Made by a program: the position numbers and the translations under genes
The notes under the pieces: generated by a model
What the model saw: the letters and a program-made list of their open reading frames with translations, nothing else
What the model was told of the DNA's origin: nothing
Database searches by the model: none
In this document: piece by piece, positions 9,909 through 19,257 of the stretch
Layout: every line of letters begins with the position of its first letter
Position numbering within the stretch: position 1 is the stretch's first letter
Source of the DNA: an uncultured delta proteobacterium
Lineage (GTDB): Bacteria; Desulfobacterota; Desulfobacteria; Desulfobacterales; JAHEIW01
Assembly: GCA_963706575.1 (NCBI GenBank)
Contig: CAVPNL010000006.1
Coordinates: forward strand, 416,001 to 480,000
DNA length: 64,000 nucleotides
Direction of reading: 5' to 3'

Positions 9909-11156
9909 TTGAACCTGCCGATCCAACAATCCACCCTTAACGTTATTTTTAGCCGTCGAATGCTGGTGGCCTTTGTAATGGGATTTTCCGGCGGGCTGCC
10001 GCTTTTGCTGACCTGGGGTGTATTGCAAGCCTGGATGACAGAAAAAGGCGTTGACCTAACCTGGATCGGAATGATCTCCCTGGTCCAGATTCCGTATACC
10101 TGGAAATTTTTGTGGGCGCCGTTTTTAGACCGGTTTGTTCCACCGTTTCTCGGGCGCCGCAGGGGATGGCTTTTAATTGCCCAGATTGCATTGATGGTCG
10201 CAATCGTGGGATTGGGCTATTCGGATCCGGTTAAAAACACCGGCTTGATGATTGGCGCCGCGCTTCTGGTGGCCTTTTTCAGTGCCACCCAGGATATCGT
10301 CATCGATGCCTATCGGCGCGAAGATCTGCCGGATGAAGAGCTGGGCTTGGGTTCTTCGATGTATGTTTATGGATACCGGTTGGGCATGCTGCTGGCCTCC
10401 GGCGGCGGATTGATCCTGGCGGATCACCTGTCCTTTCCAAAAGTTTATTTTCTGATGTCGCTGTGCATGCTGCCCGGAATTTTAACGACGCTACTGACAC
10501 CTGAGCCGGAGGTCGTGGTCGGCGCACCCAGGACAATGAAGGCAGCGTTGATTGAGCCGTTTGTTGATTATTTCAGCCGCAACAGCGCTATCTGGATTTT
10601 GGTATTTATTCTGTTGTATAAAATCGGCGACACCATGGCCAGCGGGATCACAATGCCGTTTTACCTGGAAACTGGATTTTCCAAGACAGAGATCGGCACG
10701 GTTGTGAAATTTTTCGGCACCGCGGCAACATTGGTAGGTGCATTTGTGGGTGGCGTATTACTGCTTAAGCTGGGAATCAACCGTGGCCTCTGGATCTTTG
10801 GGATCCTGCAGGCATTATCAACAGCGGGTTTTGCCATTTTGGCCCGGATCGGTTATAACATTGCCATGCTATCGGGTGTGATTGCTTTTGAGAACCTGAG
10901 CAGCGGGATGGGCACCGCCGCTTTTGTGGCCTTTATGGCCAGCATTACCAATAAAAAGTTTACCGCCACCCAATATGCCCTGCTGACCGGTATCATGGGT
11001 CTCTCCAGACAACTGGCATCCTCGGCGACCGGCTTTATGGCTAAAAATATGGGCTGGCAAAGTTTTTTTGTTTTTTGTACCTTGATTGCGATTCCCGGTA
11101 TGCTGATGCTTTTGAAAATTGCGCCCTGGAATTCCCGGGTGCTGGAGGAAGCTTAG
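9909..11156 (+). CDS. ampG: AmpG-family muropeptide MFS transporter
   Basis: GFSGGLP, PYTWKFLWAPFLD, GRRRGW, SATQDIVIDAYR and TATQYALL motifs. Confidence 0.92.
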   Translation: MNLPIQQSTLNVIFSRRMLVAFVMGFSGGLPLLLTWGVLQAWMTEKGVDLTWIGMISLVQIPYTWKFLWAPFLDRFVPPFLGRRRGWLLIAQIALMVAIVGLGYSDPVKNTGLMIGAALLVAFFSATQDIVIDAYRREDLPDEELGLGSSMYVYGYRLGMLLASGGGLILADHLSFPKVYFLMSLCMLPGILTTLLTPEPEVVVGAPRTMKAALIEPFVDYFSRNSAIWILVFILLYKIGDTMASGITMPFYLETGFSKTEIGTVVKFFGTAATLVGAFVGGVLLLKLGINRGLWIFGILQALSTAGFAILARIGYNIAMLSGVIAFENLSSGMGTAAFVAFMASITNKKFTATQYALLTGIMGLSRQLASSATGFMAKNMGWQSFFVFCTLIAIPGMLMLLKIAPWNSRVLEEA

Positions 11157-11163
11157 GTAACCC

Positions 11164-12918
11164 ATGCCTAAAGAACCGGAAAACACAAAGATACTGCAAC
11201 GGGTGCTGCAGCTTCAGGAAAAAAGAAGAAAAATTCTGGAACTGCCCCCTGAAAAGGCCCTTGCTCGAATTCTGGATGATTCCCAGCCGGCAGCGCTGGT
11301 GCATTCGTTTCCAGAACAGGATTTTTATTTTCTGATCAATGAAATCGGTCCTGAAGATTCTCTGCCGCTGCTTTCACTGGCAACCAATAAACAGTGGGAG
11401 TACATGGTTGATTTGGAGACCTGGCAAAAGGATCGTCTTGATCTGAACATGGTCACACGCTGGCTCAGTCTGCTGCTGGAAGCTGATCCCGGGCGCTTTA
11501 TCGAATCGTTTCTGAAAGAACAACTCGAATTCGTCGAGCTGTATCTGTTTCGAAACCTTGAGGTCAGAATACGGGAACATGATCAGGACCCGTCTGATTT
11601 TGGCGATGAATTCTTTACCCTGGATAACACTTACTATTTCAAATTTATCGATCTTCCGCCTGAAACCGAATCCGAAAAATTGACCGATGCTCAACGGCGG
11701 GCCTTGCTTGAGCGGCTCACTGAAGGCCTGGCCGCCCGCGATCATCACGCATTTCAGAGTGTCTTGCTGGAGGCGGCTCACATAATCCCGGCTGAAACCG
11801 AAGAGGACTGTTTTCGCTGGCGGTCCGTGCGGCTGGCGGAAAAAGGCTTTTTGCCTTTTGATGAGGCCGTCGGCATCTATCAGCCTTTGAAGCCCGGGGA
11901 GCTTGAAAAGAAAGGCAAAAAATTCATCCCACGCGCATTGGATCAGATTTCAACACTGCCGGTACCCATTGCCCCTTTGCGGGAATTGAAGCAAGATAAT
12001 CACTTTACCCGCGCCTTGCAGAAAATTGAAGCGGCGAATGTTTTGCAGCTGGTTCAGACCGAGTTCGCCAATCTGTGCAACCAGATTGTCGTTGCCGATC
12101 ACCGGACCATTGGCGAACGTGAAGGACTCCAGCAGATTGTTAAAAAGGCCAGCGGGTATCTCAGCATCGGCCTGGAGCGAATGCTAAAAGATAAAAAAGT
12201 GGATCCGGCCCGTGCGGCGGCACTGATTACGCGCTATGCGCTTCAGGACATATTCAGAGCCGGATTTGGCGTCGCGCTGGAATTGAAATGGCGGGCGGAA
12301 AAATGGCTTTCGCAATGCTGGTTTGCCCGGGCCGACTTGAAGCTGACGTTCTGGGGGGAACAATGGATGGGCATCGTCGGTGGGCTCCTGGTCAAAAAAC
12401 CGCTGTTCTATGATAATTACGAGAGCGGCGTCTTATACCGCGAGTTTGCTTCCCTTGAGGATATCCGCCAAACTGAAGCGATTTTTGATCAGGTCGTTGC
12501 GATAGATGAGTTACTTTCCTTGATGAATATCAAGCTGCATTCTCCCTCCCGTTACGGCTTTCTGACATTTAAAAATCTTTTGCTGACGCTGTGGGCCCGG
12601 TATTTTCGCAGATTGAAGGGTGAAAAACTAAAGGCCTTGACGCTTAAACAGTTTCAGCCCTTCTTTGAAAAACTGCTGCCGGGCCGAAATGATCCCGATC
12701 GCCAGGCGACCGCAAAAATCCCTGTGGAAATGAAAACCTCGTTTTTAAGCTGGCTGGCGATAGAAACCGGTTTGAAAGATTATGAAATTTCCGATCGCCT
12801 GGGTCAGACCTTTGAGGATCTTTTCAACGAGATTGAAAGCGAATATGGCCGGGTCGCCGCAGCGGATATTGATCCCCGCTTTGTGCATCTTTTTCTCGTA
12901 ACGGCCACGAAAAAGTAG
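11164..12918 (+). CDS. Conserved hypothetical protein (DUF6178-like, Desulfobacterota/Myxococcota)
   Basis: 584 aa ORF; IGPEDSLPLL, DLETWQKD, EEDCFRWRSVRLAEKGF and GYLSIGLE resemble DUF6178 (from memory). Confidence 0.65.
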   Translation: MPKEPENTKILQRVLQLQEKRRKILELPPEKALARILDDSQPAALVHSFPEQDFYFLINEIGPEDSLPLLSLATNKQWEYMVDLETWQKDRLDLNMVTRWLSLLLEADPGRFIESFLKEQLEFVELYLFRNLEVRIREHDQDPSDFGDEFFTLDNTYYFKFIDLPPETESEKLTDAQRRALLERLTEGLAARDHHAFQSVLLEAAHIIPAETEEDCFRWRSVRLAEKGFLPFDEAVGIYQPLKPGELEKKGKKFIPRALDQISTLPVPIAPLRELKQDNHFTRALQKIEAANVLQLVQTEFANLCNQIVVADHRTIGEREGLQQIVKKASGYLSIGLERMLKDKKVDPARAAALITRYALQDIFRAGFGVALELKWRAEKWLSQCWFARADLKLTFWGEQWMGIVGGLLVKKPLFYDNYESGVLYREFASLEDIRQTEAIFDQVVAIDELLSLMNIKLHSPSRYGFLTFKNLLLTLWARYFRRLKGEKLKALTLKQFQPFFEKLLPGRNDPDRQATAKIPVEMKTSFLSWLAIETGLKDYEISDRLGQTFEDLFNEIESEYGRVAAADIDPRFVHLFLVTATKK

Positions 12919-12958
12919 AAGCTATTGTAGTGTCTTCCAAATAAGGTACAAAATGATT

Positions 12959-13022
12959 GTCATTCCCGCGCAGGCGGGAGTCCAGTTCAAAGACGCTGGA
13001 TTCCCGCCTGCGCGGGAATGAC
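12959..13022. repeat. REP-like doublet hairpin GTCATTCCCGCGCAGGCGGGAGTCCAG...CTGGATTCCCGCCTGCGCGGGAATGAC between convergent genes
   Basis: Near-perfect ~27-bp inverted repeat. Confidence 0.85.
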
Positions 13023-13042
13023 GGACGGGTAGCGCGGCCCAC

Positions 13043-14188
13043 TCAGTCCTCAGTCCTAAATTTCATTACGGCTGTACTGATAACCTGCACCGCTTTATCG
13101 ATATCGGCTGCGGTGGTCATTCTTCCGGTGGTTAACCTTAAGGTGCCTTTGGCCCACTCCAGGGGGACATTCATGGCTGTTAGTACGTCGGAAATTTGAA
13201 CTGTGTCGGAATGACAGGCAGCCCCTGCGGAAGCGGCCACCTCGCTTCCAATCGCATCCAGGATGCGGTTGGCCTCTGAATCCAAAAATGAAATACTAAG
13301 AGTGTTGGGCAGACGTTTTTGTGGATGCCCATTCAGCTGCACCTGACCACAGTTGTTTTTCAGCCCTTCATGCAGCCGGTCCCGCATCGCCTGCATGTGC
13401 TTCATATTTTTTTCCAGATCGCGAGCGGCTATCTCACAAGCCGTCCCCAGGCCGACGATTTCGAGCACATTTTCGGTTCCAGCGCGCACGGCCATTTCCT
13501 GATCGGCGCCGTGCATCAGTTTTGTCGGTTCCAGTCCCTGCCGGATGTACAGGGCGCCGACACCTTTAGGTGCGTAAACTTTGTGTCCGGCAATCGAAAG
13601 AAGGTCCACCCCCATGCGGCTGACATCCACCGGTATCTTTCCCACCGACTGGGCCGCATCCGTGTGATAAACGATCTCATGTTTTTTTGCCAGCTGGCCA
13701 ATTTCGTCAATGGGCTGAACGGTGCCGACCTCGTTGTTGGCGTGCATGACGGAAATCAGAATGGTTTCTTTTTTGATGGCCGCCGCCACGTCCGCTGCAC
13801 TTACCAGGCCGAATTTGTCCACTGGTAAATAGGTGATTTCAAATCCGATGGTTTCCAAAAAATTGCAGACTTCAATTACGGCAGGATGTTCGATTTGAGA
13901 GGTGATGATGTGATTGCCCTTTGAGCAGAAGACCCCGCTGCAGCCCTTAATTGCAAAATTATTGGATTCGGTCCCCCCGCTGGTAAAAATAATTTCTTCC
14001 GGCTTGCAATTCAGCAGCGATGCAACCTGTTGGCGGGCTCTGAGGACCGCCTGCCGGGGTTTGCTGCCGTAATAATGGGAACTCGACGGATTGCCGAATT
14101 CTTCCTCGAAAAACGGCCGCATGGCCGCAATAACCTCAGGGTCGTGAGGGGTGGTGGCGTTATAATCCAGATAGATGGGTTTGGGCAT
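13043..14188 (-). CDS. Cysteine desulfurase family protein (IscS/NifS group I, PLP-dependent)
   Basis: YLDYNATTP, FTSGGTESNN, NNEVG, HTDAAQ, GHK (PLP Lys), GTEN and SAGAACHS (catalytic Cys). Confidence 0.92.
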   Translation of the reverse strand: MPKPIYLDYNATTPHDPEVIAAMRPFFEEEFGNPSSSHYYGSKPRQAVLRARQQVASLLNCKPEEIIFTSGGTESNNFAIKGCSGVFCSKGNHIITSQIEHPAVIEVCNFLETIGFEITYLPVDKFGLVSAADVAAAIKKETILISVMHANNEVGTVQPIDEIGQLAKKHEIVYHTDAAQSVGKIPVDVSRMGVDLLSIAGHKVYAPKGVGALYIRQGLEPTKLMHGADQEMAVRAGTENVLEIVGLGTACEIAARDLEKNMKHMQAMRDRLHEGLKNNCGQVQLNGHPQKRLPNTLSISFLDSEANRILDAIGSEVAASAGAACHSDTVQISDVLTAMNVPLEWAKGTLRLTTGRMTTAADIDKAVQVISTAVMKFRTED

Positions 14189-14699
14189 GGTCTTTGTCTC
14201 CTTTGAGGCATGCAGTAGCCGACTTCGCTGAAAAAGCTTAAGCTACGACCGTTGGGTTGGAGCAATGCAGTATTGGATTTGAATATAACAAATTGAGAAA
14301 TAGATTGCCACCATTTGCTATTGTCAATTGGATTTATAAGACTCCAGCGCAAGCAAAATTTGCTGGCTTCGATTGAATTGCCAAGATATTGGCGATAGGT
14401 AGAGAGCAGCATCTCAGTTAATATCGGAAAATTTATGTTTGTATAGCGAATGCTAATCCCAATCAGATTTTGGCCGATTTCGATTGTCTCATTATAGCCG
14501 GAATGCGCAATTCTCAAAATTTGTGTATGCCGTTAGCTAATCTTAACCAACTCGCTTCCCACCGTTGAAGAGTTCAAAGAATAAAAAGACGACCGAGCAA
14601 TATTTCTGAGATTCCTCGCAATTCCTATTACCCATAAAATAAGGACTAATGGTCGTAGTGTGCAGTTTCGACACTGTTCATGATACTGTAATATGTTGG

Positions 14700-16533
14700 G
14701 AAGTTGTTGAATAAGTTGTTTTTAAACATCCATCTGTTGCGCCAAACTTCAAACATTTCTAAAGTCGTATTTTGGGCTGCTGGTAAGTTTTATTATGCCG
14801 CTTGTATGCCCTGGAGCTGATAATCCCGCTTATGCCGTGGCAAAGTTCATGATCTTTTCGATATTATGCACCATGCAATAGAGCATCCATTGGATGTTAG
14901 CTTTGACCTTGCCTCTTAGCGTAAATCGATTCAAGCGCTTTTGGGTTTTAATATTGGCAAAAACCGGCTCCACAATGGCAAAGCGCTGTGGATATATTTT
15001 GCGTCCCTTCTCACTATCAACTTTGTGCTGCATGGCTTTGGAAAAATTGGTGTTTGCTGCACCGATGGGAACATCCAGTGAACGACGTTTTGTATTTTTG
15101 CGATAAAAACATCGATGCGTTAATGAACAGCGGCTGCAATCGGCTTCATCGGCCATATAGCGGCGGTAGATATTGTGATCTGTGGTGTGGCGCTTTACGT
15201 TTAGCTTGAGCACCTTACCATTGGGACAAATATAGTGATCGGCAGCTTTGTTGTGCTTAAAATCTTCTAATACAAATTTTTTACCCTTCTTGGGTTTATT
15301 CCTTGGCCGGGTAGCAAATCGTGAATCGCGGTTGCGAAATTTTAAATCCGGTATATATGCATCAAGCTGTTCATCGTGGCACTTTTTTAAATTGCTTTGA
15401 TTATGGTAATTGGTATCAGCAGTTAAAATCTTGCCTTTAAAATAATCTGCACTCTGACCGATTTTTTCCAGATTGGCTTTAGCCCCATCAACCATGGGAT
15501 CAAGATGTTTGGCATCCTGTCCGCTGCCAAAGGCTTGTCCATGAACGATAATCTGGTGCTTGTCATCCACCAGCGCCTGGCCATTGTAGCCCTGGATGGT
15601 GCCGCCGGAGGTGAGCATTAACGCCGAGTCATTATCGGTTAGATTGCTTTTGAGCTCTCTGCCATTTGAGCTGATCTTGGCATTATTTTTTTTGAGCCAT
15701 TTTTCAATGCGATCGGCTTGCTTGTTAAGCTTCTCAATTTGCTGCTCGACTTTGGGTGGAGTGCGAAAATCATCATCGTCATCTTTATCCGCATCAATCT
15801 GATCTTTTAATAGGCGCTTGACTTTTTGTTGTATTTTGTCCTTTTTCTTTTTTAGTTCTGCTATCGTGCCGCTGCACTCCTTGGACGCGTTAGCCGGTAG
15901 CTTTACCCCGTCTAAGGCAAAAAAGGTCCCGCCCAATAGGTTTTCTTGCTCACAGACCAATAAAATGTCGCAAAACAAAGGCAATATCTGATCTTTCATC
16001 GAAGATACAAAAGTTGCAATGGTACTGTGATCGGGCCGCTGGTTGCCAGACAGCGCCATAAAGGTCACGTTCTCACAGCAGGCCCTTTCAATTTGCCGCG
16101 AGGATATCAGCCCCCGCGCGTAAGCCAACAATACCACTTTTAACAAAATCTTAGGATCATAGGCACTGCGGCCTGTCTCGTCATTTTTGTAGTTGCCCTC
16201 AAATACCGACATGTCCATGCGCGTCTCAATGAGCATATGGATGGCAAACTCCAAACTGCCGGGCACCAGTTGCTCCTCTAATGAAACCGGGATTAAAACC
16301 TTTTGGGAATAATCATAACGCTTAAATTTGGCCATTAATTTGTCCACTCCATATTTGCCTGGTTGTTGTATCAGAAACTAATCTATACCTAGCAATAGGA
16401 CTAGACATTGTCAAACGAAAAAATACAAGGATAGCCGATATTTGCGGGATATTGTTTGGAGCTTTGAGTGGGATAAAAAATTATAGATCTTATAGAAAAA
16501 CCACCTTCAATTGATACCTTTTTCGACAGTCTC
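14700..16533 (-). mobile_element. IS1182-family insertion sequence
   Basis: Imperfect TIRs GAAGTTGTTGAATAAG (14700-14715) and CTTTTTCGACAGTCTC (16518-16533), 11/16 matches; TGG flanks both ends (possible 3-bp DR); encloses the transposase. Confidence 0.8.
14830..16335 (-). CDS. IS1182-family DDE transposase (ATG 16335; alternative GTG 16347)
   Basis: GRSAYDP..LLK..L.AY, SSRQIE, PDHSTIA.F, ALDGVKLPANAS, GYNGQ, ADTNY, CPNG and VEPVFANIK. Confidence 0.93.
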   Translation of the reverse strand: MAKFKRYDYSQKVLIPVSLEEQLVPGSLEFAIHMLIETRMDMSVFEGNYKNDETGRSAYDPKILLKVVLLAYARGLISSRQIERACCENVTFMALSGNQRPDHSTIATFVSSMKDQILPLFCDILLVCEQENLLGGTFFALDGVKLPANASKECSGTIAELKKKKDKIQQKVKRLLKDQIDADKDDDDDFRTPPKVEQQIEKLNKQADRIEKWLKKNNAKISSNGRELKSNLTDNDSALMLTSGGTIQGYNGQALVDDKHQIIVHGQAFGSGQDAKHLDPMVDGAKANLEKIGQSADYFKGKILTADTNYHNQSNLKKCHDEQLDAYIPDLKFRNRDSRFATRPRNKPKKGKKFVLEDFKHNKAADHYICPNGKVLKLNVKRHTTDHNIYRRYMADEADCSRCSLTHRCFYRKNTKRRSLDVPIGAANTNFSKAMQHKVDSEKGRKIYPQRFAIVEPVFANIKTQKRLNRFTLRGKVKANIQWMLYCMVHNIEKIMNFATA

Positions 16534-16551
16534 TGGAGCTATCTGGAATCG

Positions 16552-16654
16552 CGCTAACGTGGAAATGAGCAGCGGCCTAAATAAATTTCAAGCCTGCACG
16601 GCCTTTTCGTAAAACCGTTATTTTCACGCCGTCTGCTCCACTTTTTTGTTATGG
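16552..16654 (-). other. Integron attC site (103 bp) directly after the 116-aa gene
   Basis: Minus strand reads CCATAAC-AAAAAA-GTGGAGCAGACGGC...GCCGCTGCTCAT-TTCCAC-GTTAGCG, giving R''/L''/L'/R' boxes with two extrahelical bases. Confidence 0.8.
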
Positions 16655-16663
16655 ATTGAAAAA

Positions 16664-17014
16664 TTATTTTTTTCTGTGCTCTGGTTTCATGCCCTTACGT
16701 TCTTCATCAGAGAGAATGATACCACTACCCCTATGAGCTGTTTGACCCTTACCGAACCCACCGATAATGCTCGGTCCAGAATGGCTCCTTCCTCCTCTAA
16801 ATCCCGAGAAGAACCAAGAGCTGAAATGCGCTACGAGCAGGCTTAAAAGTAATCCTACCGCAATAACGACAAAAAATATGAGTAGGTCAAAATTCTCAAT
16901 AAATAGATAATATGAAATTGCTGCAGCGATTGTCCCGGCAATGCACCCGTATAGAGGTTTTCTGCAACCGAAAAGAAAACTAACGACAACAACTATGACA
17001 AAAATGCTACTCAT
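16664..17014 (-). CDS. Small membrane protein, integron gene cassette
   Basis: Three hydrophobic stretches plus a Gly-rich tail; RBS AGGAG; GTTATGC core site ~25 nt upstream; attC 10 nt after the stop; AT-rich. Confidence 0.7.
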   Translation of the reverse strand: MSSIFVIVVVVSFLFGCRKPLYGCIAGTIAAAISYYLFIENFDLLIFFVVIAVGLLLSLLVAHFSSWFFSGFRGGRSHSGPSIIGGFGKGQTAHRGSGIILSDEERKGMKPEHRKK

Positions 17015-17181
17015 TTGAGTCTCCTATTCAGAGAAAATGCATAACAGTAATATTAGGTGGAAAATGTTCCATCTATTTCCATATTAACTGAATTAAAGTG
17101 GAAACCAATGATAAATAGTTCCTTATTTATTAGATCACCGTCAAGTACCGATATATGGAGAATATCAGTACCAAGCACTAT

Positions 17182-17264
17182 TGCCAACAACCCTCATTTG
17201 GGTCAGATTGAAAACCGCACAAGAATGGATACGGTATTATTCGGTCTGACCTGAGATTGCCAAC
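17182..17264 (-). other. Degenerate attC-like hairpin between two direct GTTGGCA core sites
   Basis: TGCCAAC at 17182-17188 and 17258-17264 flanking a GGTCAGATTGAA...TTCGGTCTGACC stem. Confidence 0.4.
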
Positions 17265-17423
17265 AAAGGATTACCCAGTATATACTGCTAGGTCAAATTG
17301 AGGTGTGCCCTAAGATATCATACCGGGAAATATACCTATCACATGTCCCCACAGTCTGAATGTAGCTTGCCATTTCATTTATATATCGTCTAAATTCGAG
17401 CTATTACGATTTATAGTAGAAAT

Positions 17424-17495
17424 CTATAACGTGCAGATGAGGCTTCCCAATGGAGCGTAGCGGAATTGGGATAGCTTCTATCTGGCCTGTTGGCA
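17424..17495 (-). other. Integron attC site (72 bp) downstream of the GMP-synthase-like gene
   Basis: Minus strand reads TGCCAAC-AGGC-CAGATAGAAGCTATCCCAAT...ATTGGGAAGCCTCATCTG-CAC-GTTATAG; stem with two unpaired bases. Confidence 0.82.
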
Positions 17496-17553
17496 AATCC
17501 TGTTGTTACTTCTCTGGCGCTGCCTGAAGGGCAGCCACATCCCTGAACGACAG

Positions 17554-18822
17554 CTACTCGAATTCGATCGTTGCCGGTGGCTTGATGCTGATATCGTACG
17601 CCACCCTCGACGCGCCGGTGTGCGCGGCAATTTTCTTGCCTATCTCAAGGAGCGCCGCCTCGTCTATCCGGACCGGACGCGCCAGCTTCGCGGCCGCGCT
17701 CTCGACCGCCCGCATGCCGACGACGTACCTGGTTTTCGGCGCATCGTTCGCGCAAAGCTCGAGAAGAATGCGCGGAAGCTCAAGCTTACTCCACGCCTCG
17801 ACACAGAGCGCGTTCAGTTTGTCATAGTCGATATCGCCGTCGACCTTTATCCACGAGACAGGTTTGTAGATAGGGATCTCGGGGCGCGTTCCCTCTTCGG
17901 GGACGACCGTCGTCCGGCTATCCATTTTGAAGCACTCCGCGTTCGCGCCGAGAGTGCTGCGGGCCAGGTCTGCCAGGGCCGGGTCGGGTTCCATGTTCGG
18001 GTCGAGCGCCATTCCGAAGTACTGAAAGGGCGTCCGGATGCCGGTAGTTTCGTCGTAAAGGTAGGGTCTACCGTGTTTCTCAGTGTAGTACTTCTCAGTC
18101 TCCTGCTCGATGATGTCGGACGCGAGCTGGCTCGTATGGAGCTTCTCTTCAGTGAATTCGCCGACAGTTCTGATGATTTGCGCGGGACCGGGACAGGGGA
18201 TCCGGTGCGTGAATGACGGAGGGAGGTCGAGGTACTCGCCGACCTTCCTGACCTGAGGCTTCGCGAGCGACGCCAGCGGCTCGATCTTCCCGACAGAGTA
18301 ATTCCAGCCGACGTTATGCTGGCTCTTGAAGCCGCCTTCGGTTTCGATAATGTCCGGCGCGATCGTGCCGTCCGCGATCCAGGAGGCGCCCACCTGGCCA
18401 ATATGCCTGTCTGATACTTTCCTGTAGTTGCCGATAAACGTCTTGCGTTTCTCTTCACCGTCGGAAAGCCCCACCAGTGGCGGGAGAATCTCGTCCCTCA
18501 CCTCCAGGACCGTGAAATTCAGTTTGCTGAAGATCTCACGCGTGACTTCCCCCTCGGGCTTGTCGTTTATGAGGCGACGGCAACCGTCTTCGATGAAGAA
18601 CGCATGGAGGTCTTTGCCGACGATACGGTCGAGGAGAAACGCGGCGATCGTACTGTCGACACCCCCGGACGCGGAGAGAGCGATCTTCTCGCCCGGTTTC
18701 ACCAGGCTTTTCACCCAGGAAATCGCTTTCTCAACAAAGTCCGCGGGATTGAAATCTGCGGGATTCTCGGGAGTGGCGTATTCAAATCTGTGCGTCTGGA
18801 TCTTGTTGGCCTGAGTCGACAT
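17554..18822 (-). CDS. GMP synthase ATP-pyrophosphatase/dimerisation subunit (no glutamine amidotransferase domain), cassette-borne
   Basis: PP-loop SGGVDS, GTIAPDIIE, KSQHNVG, EPLASLAKPQVR, PCPGP, C-terminal YDISIKPPATIEFE; RBS GGAGG. Confidence 0.85.
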   Translation of the reverse strand: MSTQANKIQTHRFEYATPENPADFNPADFVEKAISWVKSLVKPGEKIALSASGGVDSTIAAFLLDRIVGKDLHAFFIEDGCRRLINDKPEGEVTREIFSKLNFTVLEVRDEILPPLVGLSDGEEKRKTFIGNYRKVSDRHIGQVGASWIADGTIAPDIIETEGGFKSQHNVGWNYSVGKIEPLASLAKPQVRKVGEYLDLPPSFTHRIPCPGPAQIIRTVGEFTEEKLHTSQLASDIIEQETEKYYTEKHGRPYLYDETTGIRTPFQYFGMALDPNMEPDPALADLARSTLGANAECFKMDSRTTVVPEEGTRPEIPIYKPVSWIKVDGDIDYDKLNALCVEAWSKLELPRILLELCANDAPKTRYVVGMRAVESAAAKLARPVRIDEAALLEIGKKIAAHTGASRVAYDISIKPPATIEFE

Positions 18823-19185
18823 GTTGCCTCCTGTTTGGATGGGTGGATTTGGTTGTTGTATTGTAATTCACTAAAATTTAAGAACACTGATCTCGAAGTC
18901 ATCTGGACCCAGGACTATACCAATCAGTCCTCGGTCAATATTGGTATTATGCAACAGAACGCTTCTTGCCATAGTCCGCAGAGCGTCTAATTTTATAATG
19001 CATACGCAAATCCCCATTATTTTGCAAGGGTCCAAATTGTGTAAATCGTGCCTTCATCGAATCTCAGCAATTCCGTTAAAATTATTGCAGATTTCATTTG
19101 GTAATCCTAAAATCAAACTAATTAGAAATTAGATCCCTCAAAACCATCCAATTCTTGTAATTCTGATTTGCGTACTAATTTTTTC

Positions 19186-19249
19186 TTGACCTCCCGTTAA
19201 AAGACGATTATATTAATTCTGAAATACGGAAATGCAGAAATTCTGAAAG
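19186..19249 (+). promoter_or_regulatory. Sigma70 promoter (TTGACC-17-TATATT) followed by four tandem 8-mers, a candidate operator of the TA operon
   Basis: TCTGAAAT ACGGAAAT GCAGAAAT TCTGAAAG at 19218-19249. Confidence 0.55.
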
Positions 19250-19257
19250 GAAGAATA

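Noticed and set aside
14011..14517. 168-aa minus-strand ORF at the left edge of the island
   Set aside because: It overlaps the desulfurase start in another frame, crosses repeat DNA, starts with TTG without an RBS and has no motifs
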